This document shows positions 49,794 through 59,495 of a stretch of DNA of 64,000 nucleotides, piece after piece. Positions within the stretch are counted from its first letter, which is position 1; each line of letters opens with the position of its first letter. The DNA comes from Candidatus Latescibacterota bacterium (lineage in GTDB: Bacteria; Latescibacterota; UBA2968). The stretch covers positions 2,784,001-2,848,000 of the forward strand of contig OZ242311.1 of the NCBI GenBank assembly GCA_965207885.1, given 5' to 3'. Both the position numbers and the translations under genes were made by a program. A model generated the notes under the pieces. That model worked only from the letters and a program-made list of their open reading frames with translations, did no database searches and was not told where the DNA came from.

Positions 49794-51714
49794 GCGTGAA
49801 AAAATAGATCGAGAAGCCTATCAAAAGCGGCTGGACCGCATGTCTGAAATTTTTTCAGATATTGTCCAGCATGCCGACGAACAGGCGCAAATGCGCTGTC
49901 CCTACAAAAACAAGGACAACGAGTGCACCGCCAAATTTGGCTGTAAATTCCAGCGAAAACCAGCGCCCAACCGGGCGCTTTTTCAATGTGCCAGCAACGA
50001 TAACCTCGACTATCGCACGGCCTGGGAAACAGAGCCAGATGCCTATCGTGAGATGAAGACCGCGCTCAAAGCCCAAAAAGGTCGTCGCCGAAAAAAGGGA
50101 ACGGGCACAATTACACACATGGGCAAGGTGCAACAACTCGAAGCGCGAAAGACTATATTTGATTATGCCGATGATCTGGCCGTTCAGGTTCCAACATCGT
50201 GTTTTCGGTCGGGAATATGCCATGAATGCGTGGTAGAAATTGCAAAAGGTGAAGAGAGCCTGTGCCCCAAAACCGAAGCTGAAGCCTTCTTAAAAGATAA
50301 TTACCGACTGGCCTGTCAGGCCGAAGTAGTAGATTTAGATGCAGAAGTTGAATTTGTGCCCCTGCGCCGCGAACCTCAAATTTTGACCTTGAGCCAAGAA
50401 AAGGAAATTGATCGTGATCCCGTGGTAATGCGCCGTGGCGATCGGGTATTCTACGACGGAGAAGACATCGATCGCTTTCGGGGACACATCTACGGACTGG
50501 CAATTGATGTGGGCACCACGACAATTGTGATGGATCTCGTAGATCTGGAATCTGGCGAAAGTATTGCGATTGCATCTTATGAAAATCCCCAGCGCTTTGG
50601 CGGCAGCGATATCATGTATCGCATTTCCTATGATGGCGAATATCCAAATGAGTTGTGGAAGGCACTGGTAAATGCGATCAACCACGAAATTCTCGTGCTA
50701 TGTGAAAAATTGGGTTTTGAGCGACAAGAAATTTACGAAATTGTCGTCGCTGGCAATGCCACCATGCGGGATATGTTCTTCAGGCTCGATGTGCAGAGTA
50801 TTGGACAAAAGCCCTATAAATCTCAAATAGAACACGAATATCTGACCGGAAAACGCAAAACAACCGCCCTTTATGAAAGCAGCAGGCGGTTGGGCATTCG
50901 GGCAAATCCCAAAGCGCGGGTATATGGCATGCCCCTTATTGCAAGCCATGTGGGCGGCGATGTCGCAGCGGATATGCTGGCCGTGGAAATGGGTAACCAA
51001 GACGAGATATTCATGCTCGTCGATGTAGGCACCAATACCGAAGTCGTAGTGGGCAACCGAGACAGGTTGGTGGCAGCTTCTTGTCCGGCGGGACCCGCAT
51101 TTGAAGGCGGCGGTATCGCCTGTGGCATGCCCGGACAAGATGGGGCGATCGAATCGATGGCGTGGGAAAATGGCCAGTTCAATTACCGCGTAATCGGCAA
51201 CGGCGCGCCCCAGGGGTTGTGCGGCTCTGGACTGATCGATTTGTTGGCCGAACTTCGGCGGCATGATTTGATGACAGAAAAGGGCGTATTTTCCGACCGC
51301 AAGCAATATGAAATGATTGTAGTGCCCGAACACGGCATTGCGCTATCGCGCGAAGATGCGAGCAATCTGGCTCAGGCCAAGGCCGCAAATTACTGTGGGC
51401 AGTTACTTGTCATGCGCGAATTTGGCATCACACCCGACCAGATCCATCGACTTTATCTATCTGGCGGATTTGCCAATTACGTCAATGTGCAAAATGCGAT
51501 TGACATCGGTTTTCTCGCACCCGTGCCAAAAGAGCGCATCGAAAAGGTGGGAAATGCCGCGATATTGGGCGCGAGAACAACCCTTCTCTCGCGGAAACGA
51601 CGCGATGAGTTAGAACGTCTGGTAAAACGAATTGAACATGTAGAACTGGAGACAAAGCCAGACTTTTTTGACGTATTTGTCGAAGGATGCCAATTTAAGA
51701 GGATGACGGTATGA
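49786..51714 (+). CDS. RACo/RamA-type ASKHA reductive activator of corrinoids (DUF4445) with [2Fe-2S]
   Basis: CFRSGICHEC...RLACQ, DVGTTT, DVGTNTE, AGPAFEG, GLCGSG, GNAA. Confidence 0.9.
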   Translation: MSEREKIDREAYQKRLDRMSEIFSDIVQHADEQAQMRCPYKNKDNECTAKFGCKFQRKPAPNRALFQCASNDNLDYRTAWETEPDAYREMKTALKAQKGRRRKKGTGTITHMGKVQQLEARKTIFDYADDLAVQVPTSCFRSGICHECVVEIAKGEESLCPKTEAEAFLKDNYRLACQAEVVDLDAEVEFVPLRREPQILTLSQEKEIDRDPVVMRRGDRVFYDGEDIDRFRGHIYGLAIDVGTTTIVMDLVDLESGESIAIASYENPQRFGGSDIMYRISYDGEYPNELWKALVNAINHEILVLCEKLGFERQEIYEIVVAGNATMRDMFFRLDVQSIGQKPYKSQIEHEYLTGKRKTTALYESSRRLGIRANPKARVYGMPLIASHVGGDVAADMLAVEMGNQDEIFMLVDVGTNTEVVVGNRDRLVAASCPAGPAFEGGGIACGMPGQDGAIESMAWENGQFNYRVIGNGAPQGLCGSGLIDLLAELRRHDLMTEKGVFSDRKQYEMIVVPEHGIALSREDASNLAQAKAANYCGQLLVMREFGITPDQIHRLYLSGGFANYVNVQNAIDIGFLAPVPKERIEKVGNAAILGARTTLLSRKRRDELERLVKRIEHVELETKPDFFDVFVEGCQFKRMTV

Positions 51715-52709
51715 AGTCTTTTGCAGAACGCCTCGCAGATGACCAGCCAATGGTGTATGACGGCGGATTTGGGTCTCAATTATTTGCACACGGGGTAAAC
51801 CTGGCAAACAGTTCCATCGCCAATCTATCGCATCCCAAAGAGGTTGTAGCAGTACATCGCGCGTATATCGATGCGGGCGCAAACGCCATTGGCACAAACA
51901 CATTTGTGGTATCCCCCCTGCATCTCGAGATGGCCGATGCCGATGAGGATGATGCCGAGCACTTGACAGAATTAGCTGTCCAACACGCGCGGCAAGCCGT
52001 TGAAGAAAGCGGGAAGGATGTTTATGTGGGTGGCTCCATCGGTCCCTCCCCCGGTGCTATCGAAGCCGATGCTGGCGATACGGTTTTTGGCATTCCCAAT
52101 GTAGATGTGCGATCAGCCCACGAGCGCGTGATCTCTGCCATGGTCAAAGGCGGTGTCGATTTTTTTGTCATAGAAACGCAGTTTTCCGCCAAAGAAGCGG
52201 CAATCGCCGTTGACATTGCACGACAGACAGGCTTGCCCATCGCCGTGAATATGACGTATAAATTCACAAAGGATCGCAAAACGGGCGAATTGATCTATCG
52301 CACGGACTGGGGGGTTTCACCCAGCGACCTACTGGACATTTTGGCAAGTGGCGATTTTTCAAACGGCGATAATCTGCTCGGCGACGTGCAACTCCTGGGC
52401 CTGAACTGCGGCGCTGAAACGCGCAATACAGATCACACGGGCATGCCCTATGCAATTGAGGGCACAGTGCAGATGCAAAAAGCGCTTGTGGATCGCGGCA
52501 TTGAAAACAAGCGATTGATGGCCTATCCCAATGCGGGCTTACCCACCCTGGACAAAGTCACCAAACAGGCGTCGTATTCACAAGGCCCAGAAGACATGGC
52601 CCAACACGTCGAAGACTTGTTGGACGCCGGTGGATTCTTGATAGGCGGATGTTGCGGCACAACGCCCGATCACATTCGAGCATTTCGCAATATCGTAGAT
52701 GCACAATAG
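51711..52709 (+). CDS. Stand-alone homocysteine S-methyltransferase domain protein
   Basis: DGGFGS, AGA...TNTF, IET, GLNCG, YPNAGLP, GGCCGTTP. Confidence 0.9.
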   Translation: MKSFAERLADDQPMVYDGGFGSQLFAHGVNLANSSIANLSHPKEVVAVHRAYIDAGANAIGTNTFVVSPLHLEMADADEDDAEHLTELAVQHARQAVEESGKDVYVGGSIGPSPGAIEADAGDTVFGIPNVDVRSAHERVISAMVKGGVDFFVIETQFSAKEAAIAVDIARQTGLPIAVNMTYKFTKDRKTGELIYRTDWGVSPSDLLDILASGDFSNGDNLLGDVQLLGLNCGAETRNTDHTGMPYAIEGTVQMQKALVDRGIENKRLMAYPNAGLPTLDKVTKQASYSQGPEDMAQHVEDLLDAGGFLIGGCCGTTPDHIRAFRNIVDAQ

Positions 52710-52752
52710 AGGCTCTTGTATTTTTTCACCGATTAAACTTGAGGTTTGAATT

Positions 52753-53760
52753 ATGGCTGATTATTGGGACGACGATATAGAAGACATCGAGGTCGAGGAT
52801 ATGTTTGTAGGTGCTCTACTGGGCGGCGCAATAGGCGATGCCCTGGGCTGTTTTTGCGAGGGATGGGACCGGGATCGGATCAAAGCGGTAGAAGGCTTGA
52901 CAGACCACTATCGAGGTCGAGTCAACCGGGAAGGCGTATTGACCCGACCGGCTGGAGAATATACAGACGATACCCAGCAGACCCTCGTTCTCGTTGAGTC
53001 AATTATAGCGTGCGAAAAGGTCGATCCCGAAGATCTGAGCAATCGATTTTTGGCGATGTGGCGCGAGGGGCTCCTGCAAATGTATGGCAGGGCTTTTAAG
53101 GAGACTCTGGAACGCCTCGATCAGGGCCTGGCGTGGTCCGAAGCCGCATCGAAAGACCACCCCTCCAACGGGGCGGTCATGAAAATCGCGCCAGTGGGCT
53201 TGTGGCACTGGGCAACCGGTGAAAATATCCTGGACGATGCAATTGCAGCGAGCCATGTGACACACCAGGACCCACGCGCGGTTGCACCTGCAGTCGCAAT
53301 GGCCCATGTGGTGGGGCATCTGGTAACACATCGCCCGCTGGACGGAAGTGAGGTGCTGGACGTAGCCGAGTGGTCGGCCAGGCCGATTTGCGAATCCACA
53401 GGCGAGTTGATCGCACAGGTGGGGACATTGCTGACAATGAACGAGGAAGATGCGTGGGCGGCCATGGTAAAGATGCCCGAAGCTGCGCGAGAAAAGGCCA
53501 TTCCAAGCGAAGCCCAGGCCACAATTGTCGTGGCTTTGGAGGCATTTTTGCGCGCAGAAGGCGAATTTATCCCCACTGTCGAACGCGCCCTACTCACGGG
53601 TGGAGATGTAGATACATTTGCAGCCATTGCCGGCACATTGAGCGGTTTGTATCACGGCACAGCGGGTTTGCCGCAACATCTCGTAGAGACACTGGTTGAA
53701 CGCACAGAAATCGAATCACTATCCCGCGAGCTTTATGAAAAAACAGGAGGCGCCCTGTGA
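52753..53760 (+). CDS. ADP-ribosylglycohydrolase family
   Basis: GDALG, YTDDT, SNGAVM, GGDVDT. Confidence 0.9.
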   Translation: MADYWDDDIEDIEVEDMFVGALLGGAIGDALGCFCEGWDRDRIKAVEGLTDHYRGRVNREGVLTRPAGEYTDDTQQTLVLVESIIACEKVDPEDLSNRFLAMWREGLLQMYGRAFKETLERLDQGLAWSEAASKDHPSNGAVMKIAPVGLWHWATGENILDDAIAASHVTHQDPRAVAPAVAMAHVVGHLVTHRPLDGSEVLDVAEWSARPICESTGELIAQVGTLLTMNEEDAWAAMVKMPEAAREKAIPSEAQATIVVALEAFLRAEGEFIPTVERALLTGGDVDTFAAIAGTLSGLYHGTAGLPQHLVETLVERTEIESLSRELYEKTGGAL

Positions 53761-54647
53761 TACTCGACGGTTTTAAGGGCATGTATCCCGCACTGGTCAG
53801 CCCCAGAGATGGGGCGGGTGCATTTAGCGTCTCGGCGTACGAAAAACTCATGGCGCGTATTTACGAACAGGGATCACACGGCGTGTATGTAGCGGGCAAT
53901 ACGGGCGAAGGCTATTTGATGACAATGGCCGAGCGCAAGTTGGCCACAGAGATTGCCGTCAAAGCATCAAAAGGACATGGCCGAGTCGTAGTACACGTTG
54001 GTGCCCCCTCTGAGCGCGATGCGGTTGAACTCGCCAAACACGCAGCAAATGCAGGATCCGATGGCATTTCGAGTTTGCCCCCTTATGTCCAGGGGTATCG
54101 TTTTGACGACATATTGGCGTATTACAGCGCGCTGAGTTCTGCGGCAAACTTGCCGGTCTTTGTGTATTACATCCCGGTGGTCACGCATCAGGAATATTCG
54201 TTTGAACAAATCAACCAGATGCTCGCACTCGAAGGCGTGGTGGGCATTAAATTCACAAATTTCAACCTGTTCTTAATGGAACGCATACTCAATGGACCAC
54301 ATAAACCGCATATTTTTAATGGACATGACGAAGTAGCCCTATCGGGCATTGCGGTAGGTGCTCAGGGGGGAATCGGCACATTTTACAATGTGATGCCCGC
54401 GCATTTTGTGGGCATTTACGAAGCGGTGAACAAGTGCGATCTGGACACGGCACGCACATTGCAAGCAGACGTGAATGAACTAATTCGGATTTGTCAAAAA
54501 TACAGTGGACACGGCAGCGTACGCGCCGTATTGCGCTGGCAGGGAATCGAGTGCGGCGATCCCGTCAAGCCTACACGTCCGCTCGACGAGGAAGGAGAGA
54601 AAGCATTGCGAAAAGAGATCGAAGCAGCGGCATTGGATGTGTTCTAA
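53757..54647 (+). CDS. DapA/NanA-family aldolase (N-acetylneuraminate lyase-like)
   Basis: GNTGE, YYIP, Schiff-base KFT, GGIGTFYN. Confidence 0.8.
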   Translation: MILDGFKGMYPALVSPRDGAGAFSVSAYEKLMARIYEQGSHGVYVAGNTGEGYLMTMAERKLATEIAVKASKGHGRVVVHVGAPSERDAVELAKHAANAGSDGISSLPPYVQGYRFDDILAYYSALSSAANLPVFVYYIPVVTHQEYSFEQINQMLALEGVVGIKFTNFNLFLMERILNGPHKPHIFNGHDEVALSGIAVGAQGGIGTFYNVMPAHFVGIYEAVNKCDLDTARTLQADVNELIRICQKYSGHGSVRAVLRWQGIECGDPVKPTRPLDEEGEKALRKEIEAAALDVF

Positions 54648-55327
54648 TCACCTCTCACAATCTCATACACTGTCGCCCCTTCCCGCTCGGTTATAGTGGA
54701 AAACGCCCAGCCCGCATTGCACAAACGATCAAAAAAAGGTCTGCCCAAGATGCGATTGGGTTCAGAAAATAAAACGCGCCCTCCCGGTGCGAGAAGGGCG
54801 TCGAATGTGGCGATAAGAGGATCGAAAAAACGCGGTTCGTACACGAGATCTGCACCCAACAAGGTGGCATAGTGTTGATCCTGCGGTGGAGAACGCCAGT
54901 CGATGAGCATTGTCCTGGGAACAATGCCCGCAATTTGCAACCCGTTGAGTTGCGCAAACTTGAGTGCATCGGGCTGGTAATCCGTGGCCGTGACACGCGC
55001 GCGTTTGAGACAGGCAATAGATGAGACAAGGCCCAATCCACAGCCGAGTTCAAGCACGGATTCGCCCGGCGCGATCAGATTATCCGCGAGCAGAACATCG
55101 GACAAAACAAGCGCAGAATCCCAAAGCGTTGCCCAATAAGGCAGGCGTTCGTCCCGCACCTCAAAGCTATCGGGATCAGCCATTCCCAGTTTGTCAAAGA
55201 GTGCTTCGGCATCTTCAACACACGTCACACCTATTTTACGCCCACAAATATTGTGGTGTTCTTCGCCGAGTTGATAGCGCGCGGCGAGTTCGCGTTTGAG
55301 GGCGTAAATTTCTTTTTGTACGCTCAT
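54644..55327 (-). CDS. Methyltransf_16-like protein methyltransferase
   Basis: LPYWATLWDS, LELGCGLG, ADLVYE. Confidence 0.8.
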   Translation of the reverse strand: MSVQKEIYALKRELAARYQLGEEHHNICGRKIGVTCVEDAEALFDKLGMADPDSFEVRDERLPYWATLWDSALVLSDVLLADNLIAPGESVLELGCGLGLVSSIACLKRARVTATDYQPDALKFAQLNGLQIAGIVPRTMLIDWRSPPQDQHYATLLGADLVYEPRFFDPLIATFDALLAPGGRVLFSEPNRILGRPFFDRLCNAGWAFSTITEREGATVYEIVRGD

Positions 55328-55346
55328 TAGAAGGGACGGAGCCTAC

Positions 55347-56108
55347 CTACTGATACGCTTCCCACAACGCCTTGTAATATCGCAGCAGACGCTCGGCATC
55401 TGTACTGCCAGAGATTTCGGCCAGCGTATATCCCGCATAGCCTTCGGCATTGAGGAGCGAGAAGAGTTCGCGCCATGGATAGGCCGGATTGCACAATTCA
55501 TTGATGTGTACCAGACCGATTTTGTGTTTGAGCAGGTCAAAATTGGCTTTGATAGAACCGTCTTCCACTTCGCCCAAATTCGAGTTCCAGCATACCTTTG
55601 CACTGTCGTGATCTGCCCAATCCATGATGGTGCGCATATGCGCTGGCTCTTGCGTTTCTCGCCCGTGTACTTCCAACCGGATTTGCACTCCCAGATCAGC
55701 AGCGGCAATCGCGCATTCGCGCACGGATTTGCCAATTTGTTCGAGTGTTTGATCCACCGAAATACCTTTGTCGGTTTGCAGGCCATTGGGCCGCACCTTA
55801 ACGCCCGGGCAACCCAGGTCGGCGGCGAGTTTGGCGTATTCAATCGTGCCATCAATATTTTCGCGCACAGCGCCGGGATCATCCGAATGGTATTCAAATG
55901 CCGAGCCCAAACCCGCGATTTCGACACCGCCATCTTCAAATTTTTTGCGGATATCCTGCCTTTGTCCCGCCGAAAGGTCTGATTCAACGCCATGAGCATG
56001 CGTGGTGCGCAGTTCGGCACCGCTATAACCGAGTTCGGAACAGGTTTCGATAATAGTGTCAACATCCCAGTCCGCGGCGATTTGATACGTGACAATACCC
56101 AACTTCAT
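55347..56108 (-). CDS. Sugar phosphate isomerase/epimerase
   Basis: ELRTTHAHGVE, LEVHG, VHINE. Confidence 0.8.
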   Translation of the reverse strand: MKLGIVTYQIAADWDVDTIIETCSELGYSGAELRTTHAHGVESDLSAGQRQDIRKKFEDGGVEIAGLGSAFEYHSDDPGAVRENIDGTIEYAKLAADLGCPGVKVRPNGLQTDKGISVDQTLEQIGKSVRECAIAAADLGVQIRLEVHGRETQEPAHMRTIMDWADHDSAKVCWNSNLGEVEDGSIKANFDLLKHKIGLVHINELCNPAYPWRELFSLLNAEGYAGYTLAEISGSTDAERLLRYYKALWEAYQ

Positions 56109-56339
56109 TTTTATCTCCCAATTGGTAGCTCTCAGCCGCTATCGGTCGGCAAAACAAAGGGCCAAAAGCTGAAAGTGGATGAACTTGTAGTTGCCGACCG
56201 CATCTGAAGATAGGACTTGCACTGAGAATGTCAATGCCTTTGAAGTATCTCCCATAAGACATACAAAATAACTTGACGCCCATCAAACATTTCTACATAT
56301 CTACACAGGTACAAACCGCTATTCGCAGGAGTATTTGAG

Positions 56340-56801
56340 ATGCATATTCAGCGTGCCGAGACGCGCGATTTTTTGGAAATCGCAAAATTAGATCGCGAAG
56401 CATGGGCACAAAACCGAAATTCTGAGTACATTCCCGATGGCGAGCACGTCTGGCGATTGTGGACAGAGCACGCACTGGTATTTTGTGCAAGAGAAGGCGA
56501 AAAACTAATCGGTGCTGTGCTGGCATTTCCCACGAGGACGGATAGGCTGTATTGTCTGCACAAAGTATTTGTGGATCATCCCTTTCGCGGCAAAGGCATT
56601 GGTTCCGCTTTGTTCGACGCGATTTTGGCCGCCTGCGATCAAATCGGTGTGGATTGTTTTTTGACAGTAGATCCTGAAAATGAAAGTGCTATTTCCCTGT
56701 ACGAAAAATGGGGATTTAGCGAGAAAAACTTTGTGAAAGGTTATTATCGCGCCTCAGAAGACCGGTATGTACTGACGCGACGCTGCAAAACAAAGACCTG
56801 A
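56340..56801 (+). CDS. GNAT acetyltransferase
   Basis: RGKGIG, N..AISLYEKWGF. Confidence 0.88.
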   Translation: MHIQRAETRDFLEIAKLDREAWAQNRNSEYIPDGEHVWRLWTEHALVFCAREGEKLIGAVLAFPTRTDRLYCLHKVFVDHPFRGKGIGSALFDAILAACDQIGVDCFLTVDPENESAISLYEKWGFSEKNFVKGYYRASEDRYVLTRRCKTKT

Positions 56802-56817
56802 GATAAGGAGCCAAACA

Positions 56818-57663
56818 ATGCACCCCAAATGTCTCGATTATTGTCTGACAGAAGAAGAAGCACGCAAATTTAAACGGGATGGCTACTTCATCGTTCCGGA
56901 TGCCCTACCACCCGACATGGTCAGCGATCTCGTCGTCGCAGTAGATCGCGTAGATAAAGAAGAACGCGCTCGAATGGGCAAAAACGCCACAGCGCGCATC
57001 AACCACTACGACTTCATAGGCAAGGACGACCGCTTCTTGCCCTTGCTCGACTGGTACAAAACATTTCCCAGAGTGTGGGGTATTCTGGGCTGGCACATCC
57101 AGCTCTACCACACCCACATGACCGTGACACCCCCTGCAGAACCGCACAAAACACTCGAAAAAGACGGACCCGGTCTCGGCTTCCACCAGGACAGCGGCCG
57201 CATCAATCAGGATTTCGACATGAATCCGCGTCCCATGATCTCACTCAAAATCGGCTTTTTTCTCACTGATACAACTGAACCGGGCCGCGGCAATTTCTAC
57301 GTCCTTCCCAAGAGCCAAACGCAAAACACATTTCCCGGAGAAGATCGCCAGGCGCTGCACAAAGACGCTATCCCGGTGCTCGTACCACCCGGATCAGCCG
57401 TATTTTTCGATCGCCGCTTATGGCACTCCGCCAGTACCAACTACTGGAAGGAACCCCGCCGCGTACTCTTCTACGGCTACTCCTACCGCTGGCTTCGCCC
57501 CCGCGACGACATGCGCGTAGAACACTACCTCGACCGCTGCACGCCCATCCAAAAACAACTCCTCGGCGTCAGCTACTCCGGCGGTCGAGGCTACACCTCC
57601 CCCACACCCGAAGACGCGCCCCTCAAAACCTGGCTCGACGAACACGGGATCAGCAGTGAATAG
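56818..57663 (+). CDS. PhyH-family Fe(II)/2OG dioxygenase
   Basis: HQD, FFDRRLWH, RRVLFYGY. Confidence 0.88.
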   Translation: MHPKCLDYCLTEEEARKFKRDGYFIVPDALPPDMVSDLVVAVDRVDKEERARMGKNATARINHYDFIGKDDRFLPLLDWYKTFPRVWGILGWHIQLYHTHMTVTPPAEPHKTLEKDGPGLGFHQDSGRINQDFDMNPRPMISLKIGFFLTDTTEPGRGNFYVLPKSQTQNTFPGEDRQALHKDAIPVLVPPGSAVFFDRRLWHSASTNYWKEPRRVLFYGYSYRWLRPRDDMRVEHYLDRCTPIQKQLLGVSYSGGRGYTSPTPEDAPLKTWLDEHGISSE

Positions 57664-57809
57664 TCACTAAAAATTTTATCTGTATTCCTGCTCTACCGCC
57701 TACCCTTATCTGTCTTGGCGAGGCAATTGACTTTTTTCTTTTTATACGATACTTTCCTGAGTGAACTGGCTGGGCAACGCATCCTCGATGCCGGGCACAT
57801 CGCGCCGTT

Positions 57810-57865
57810 ATTGAAATATTATTCATAGGACATCGTTAAATTGGAGTCTAAGCGATATGGACAAT
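57810..57865 (+). repeat. 56-bp leader/start repeat, second copy at 59224-59279
   Basis: ATTGAAATATTATTCAT...GGAGTCTAAGCGATATGGACAAT; 4 mismatches by hand count. Confidence 0.85.
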
Positions 57866-58102
57866 GGAAATTATCGAGGCAGGATTGCGGTTGATCCCCA
57901 AATTCATTTTGGTAAGCCTTGTGTTGCAGGAACCCGGATCCCCGTGGTTGATGTTCTCGAATTGGTGCGTGAGGGAATCTCGTTTAAGACGATCCTCTCT
58001 GATTATTTTCCCGACCTTCAAGAAGACGACATTCGCGCTTGCATCCATTATGCGATTAATTTAGTGCAGGTCGAAGATATTCATATTTCAGAGGTGAGAT
58101 AG
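57857..58102 (+). CDS. DUF433 antitoxin-like protein (no partner toxin)
   Basis: DPQIHFGKPCVAGTRIPV...DIRACIHYA. Confidence 0.88.
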   Translation: MDNGNYRGRIAVDPQIHFGKPCVAGTRIPVVDVLELVREGISFKTILSDYFPDLQEDDIRACIHYAINLVQVEDIHISEVR

Positions 58103-58145
58103 GGAATAGATGTCACCCACCATCCATTTATCATTACGTTAACGC

Positions 58146-58427
58146 ATGATCAAGAGTTTTGCAGACAAGCGCACCGCGGCTATTTTTGCGGGCCATACTG
58201 TTCGCGGCCTGCCTCTGCAACTCCAGCAACGAGCACGGGCGAAGCTTCTGGCCATTGATGCTGCTAATCGGCTCAACGACCTGCATACTCCACCTGGCAA
58301 TCGTCTCGAGGCTTTGCGAGCTGATCGCAGAGGGCAATATAGTATTCGCGTCAATGACCGATGGCGCATCTGCTTCGTTTGGCGCGATGGTGAATCATGG
58401 GAAGTCGAGATCGTTGATTATCATTGA
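58146..58427 (+). CDS. higB: HigB (RelE-like plasmid-killer) toxin
   Basis: MIKSF, PPGNRLEAL, SIRVNDRWRICF, VDYH. Confidence 0.92.
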   Translation: MIKSFADKRTAAIFAGHTVRGLPLQLQQRARAKLLAIDAANRLNDLHTPPGNRLEALRADRRGQYSIRVNDRWRICFVWRDGESWEVEIVDYH

Positions 58428-58435
58428 GGAGATAA

Positions 58436-58822
58436 ATGATGACCATTAAACGCGAAGAACTGGACCGGCGAAAAGTTGACTTCTCGGAAGTCACAACCGG
58501 GCAGCTACTGTCTCCGGTACATCCTGGCGAGATCCTGCGCGATGAGTTCCTCATTCCGATGAATCTCAGTGTGACTCGCCTTGCTCAGGGGATCAAGGTT
58601 TCGGAGAAGGACTTAGACGCTATCGTGCATGGAATTAATGGGATTACAATCGATACCGCGCTACGCCTTGGTCACTACTTTGGCATGACGCCTGAGTTCT
58701 GGATCAATCTTCAGACCCGCTACGAGCTCGATGTCGCCGAGCACACCGTACGTCGCCAAATTGAGCGGGAAATAGAACCGCTAATTGCATCCTCCGTAGC
58801 AGGACAGACTGGCACAACATAA
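58436..58822 (+). CDS. higA: HigA antitoxin
   Basis: HPGEILRDEFL, ALRL, FWINLQ. Confidence 0.92.
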   Translation: MMTIKREELDRRKVDFSEVTTGQLLSPVHPGEILRDEFLIPMNLSVTRLAQGIKVSEKDLDAIVHGINGITIDTALRLGHYFGMTPEFWINLQTRYELDVAEHTVRRQIEREIEPLIASSVAGQTGTT

Positions 58823-58957
58823 TGTACAAAGTTGATCCGCCATCGCTGAAAATTCATGACATCAAAAAAAGAGGCGGTTTCTGATTCAAACCAAATGGCA
58901 ACAAGCAAGATCACTTCGTCAAAGCTGACCAGTCGCCCACCAAACCACAAAGTCCTA

Positions 58958-59152
58958 TATCGCTGGCTTCGTCCCCGCGACGACATGCGAATTGAACACT
59001 ATCTCGACCACTGCACGCCCATCCAAAAACAACTCCTCGGCGTCAGCTATTCCGGTGGTCGAGGCTACACCTCCCCCACTCCCGAAGACGTGCCCCTCAA
59101 AGCCTGGCTCGACGAACACGAGATTAGTAGTGAATAGTCACTAAAAATTTTA
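58958..59152 (+). repeat. 195-bp diverged duplicate of the PhyH gene 3' end (57484-57678)
   Basis: Ungapped alignment, 15 mismatches by hand count; includes stop and 15 nt beyond. Confidence 0.95.
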
Positions 59153-59419
59153 ATGAAGTGTAATGCTGTGGATTCGAATAGGCAGGCATGTTTGTATCGA
59201 TCAGGTCGGTTATTGATTGACTGATTGAAATATTATTCATCGTGCATTGTTAAATTGGAGTCTAAGCGATATGGACAATACACCACTGGCAACACCACCC
59301 TGAACATCGCACCTCGCTCAGTCTTCCGGCGTTAGTAGAAGATGTACTGCTCCCTGCTTACCACATGCAGGGACAGGCATCGCAATTGTACTGGTATAAA
59401 AAAGTTAAGTAAATAGAAT

Positions 59420-59477
59420 TTGATTTTCTTACATAAGGGCGATATATTGTCTCTATTGGACTATATATCGCCCTTAT
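59420..59477 (+). promoter_or_regulatory. Promoter overlapped by a 14-bp inverted repeat upstream of the ankyrin gene
   Basis: TTGATT-17-TATATT; ATAAGGGCGATATA (59433-59446) / TATATCGCCCTTAT (59464-59477). Confidence 0.55.
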
Positions 59478-59495
59478 TTTGTGAAGGGAGACACC

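Noticed and set aside
47987-51714. Methanogenesis or Wood-Ljungdahl pathway
   Set aside because: No mcr, CoM, acs/cdh or CFeSP genes; the linked acceptor enzyme is a homocysteine methyltransferase.
57484-59152. DGR TR/VR pair for the PhyH duplicate
   Set aside because: Mismatches are mostly C/T at third codon positions, not adenine-specific, and no reverse transcriptase is present.
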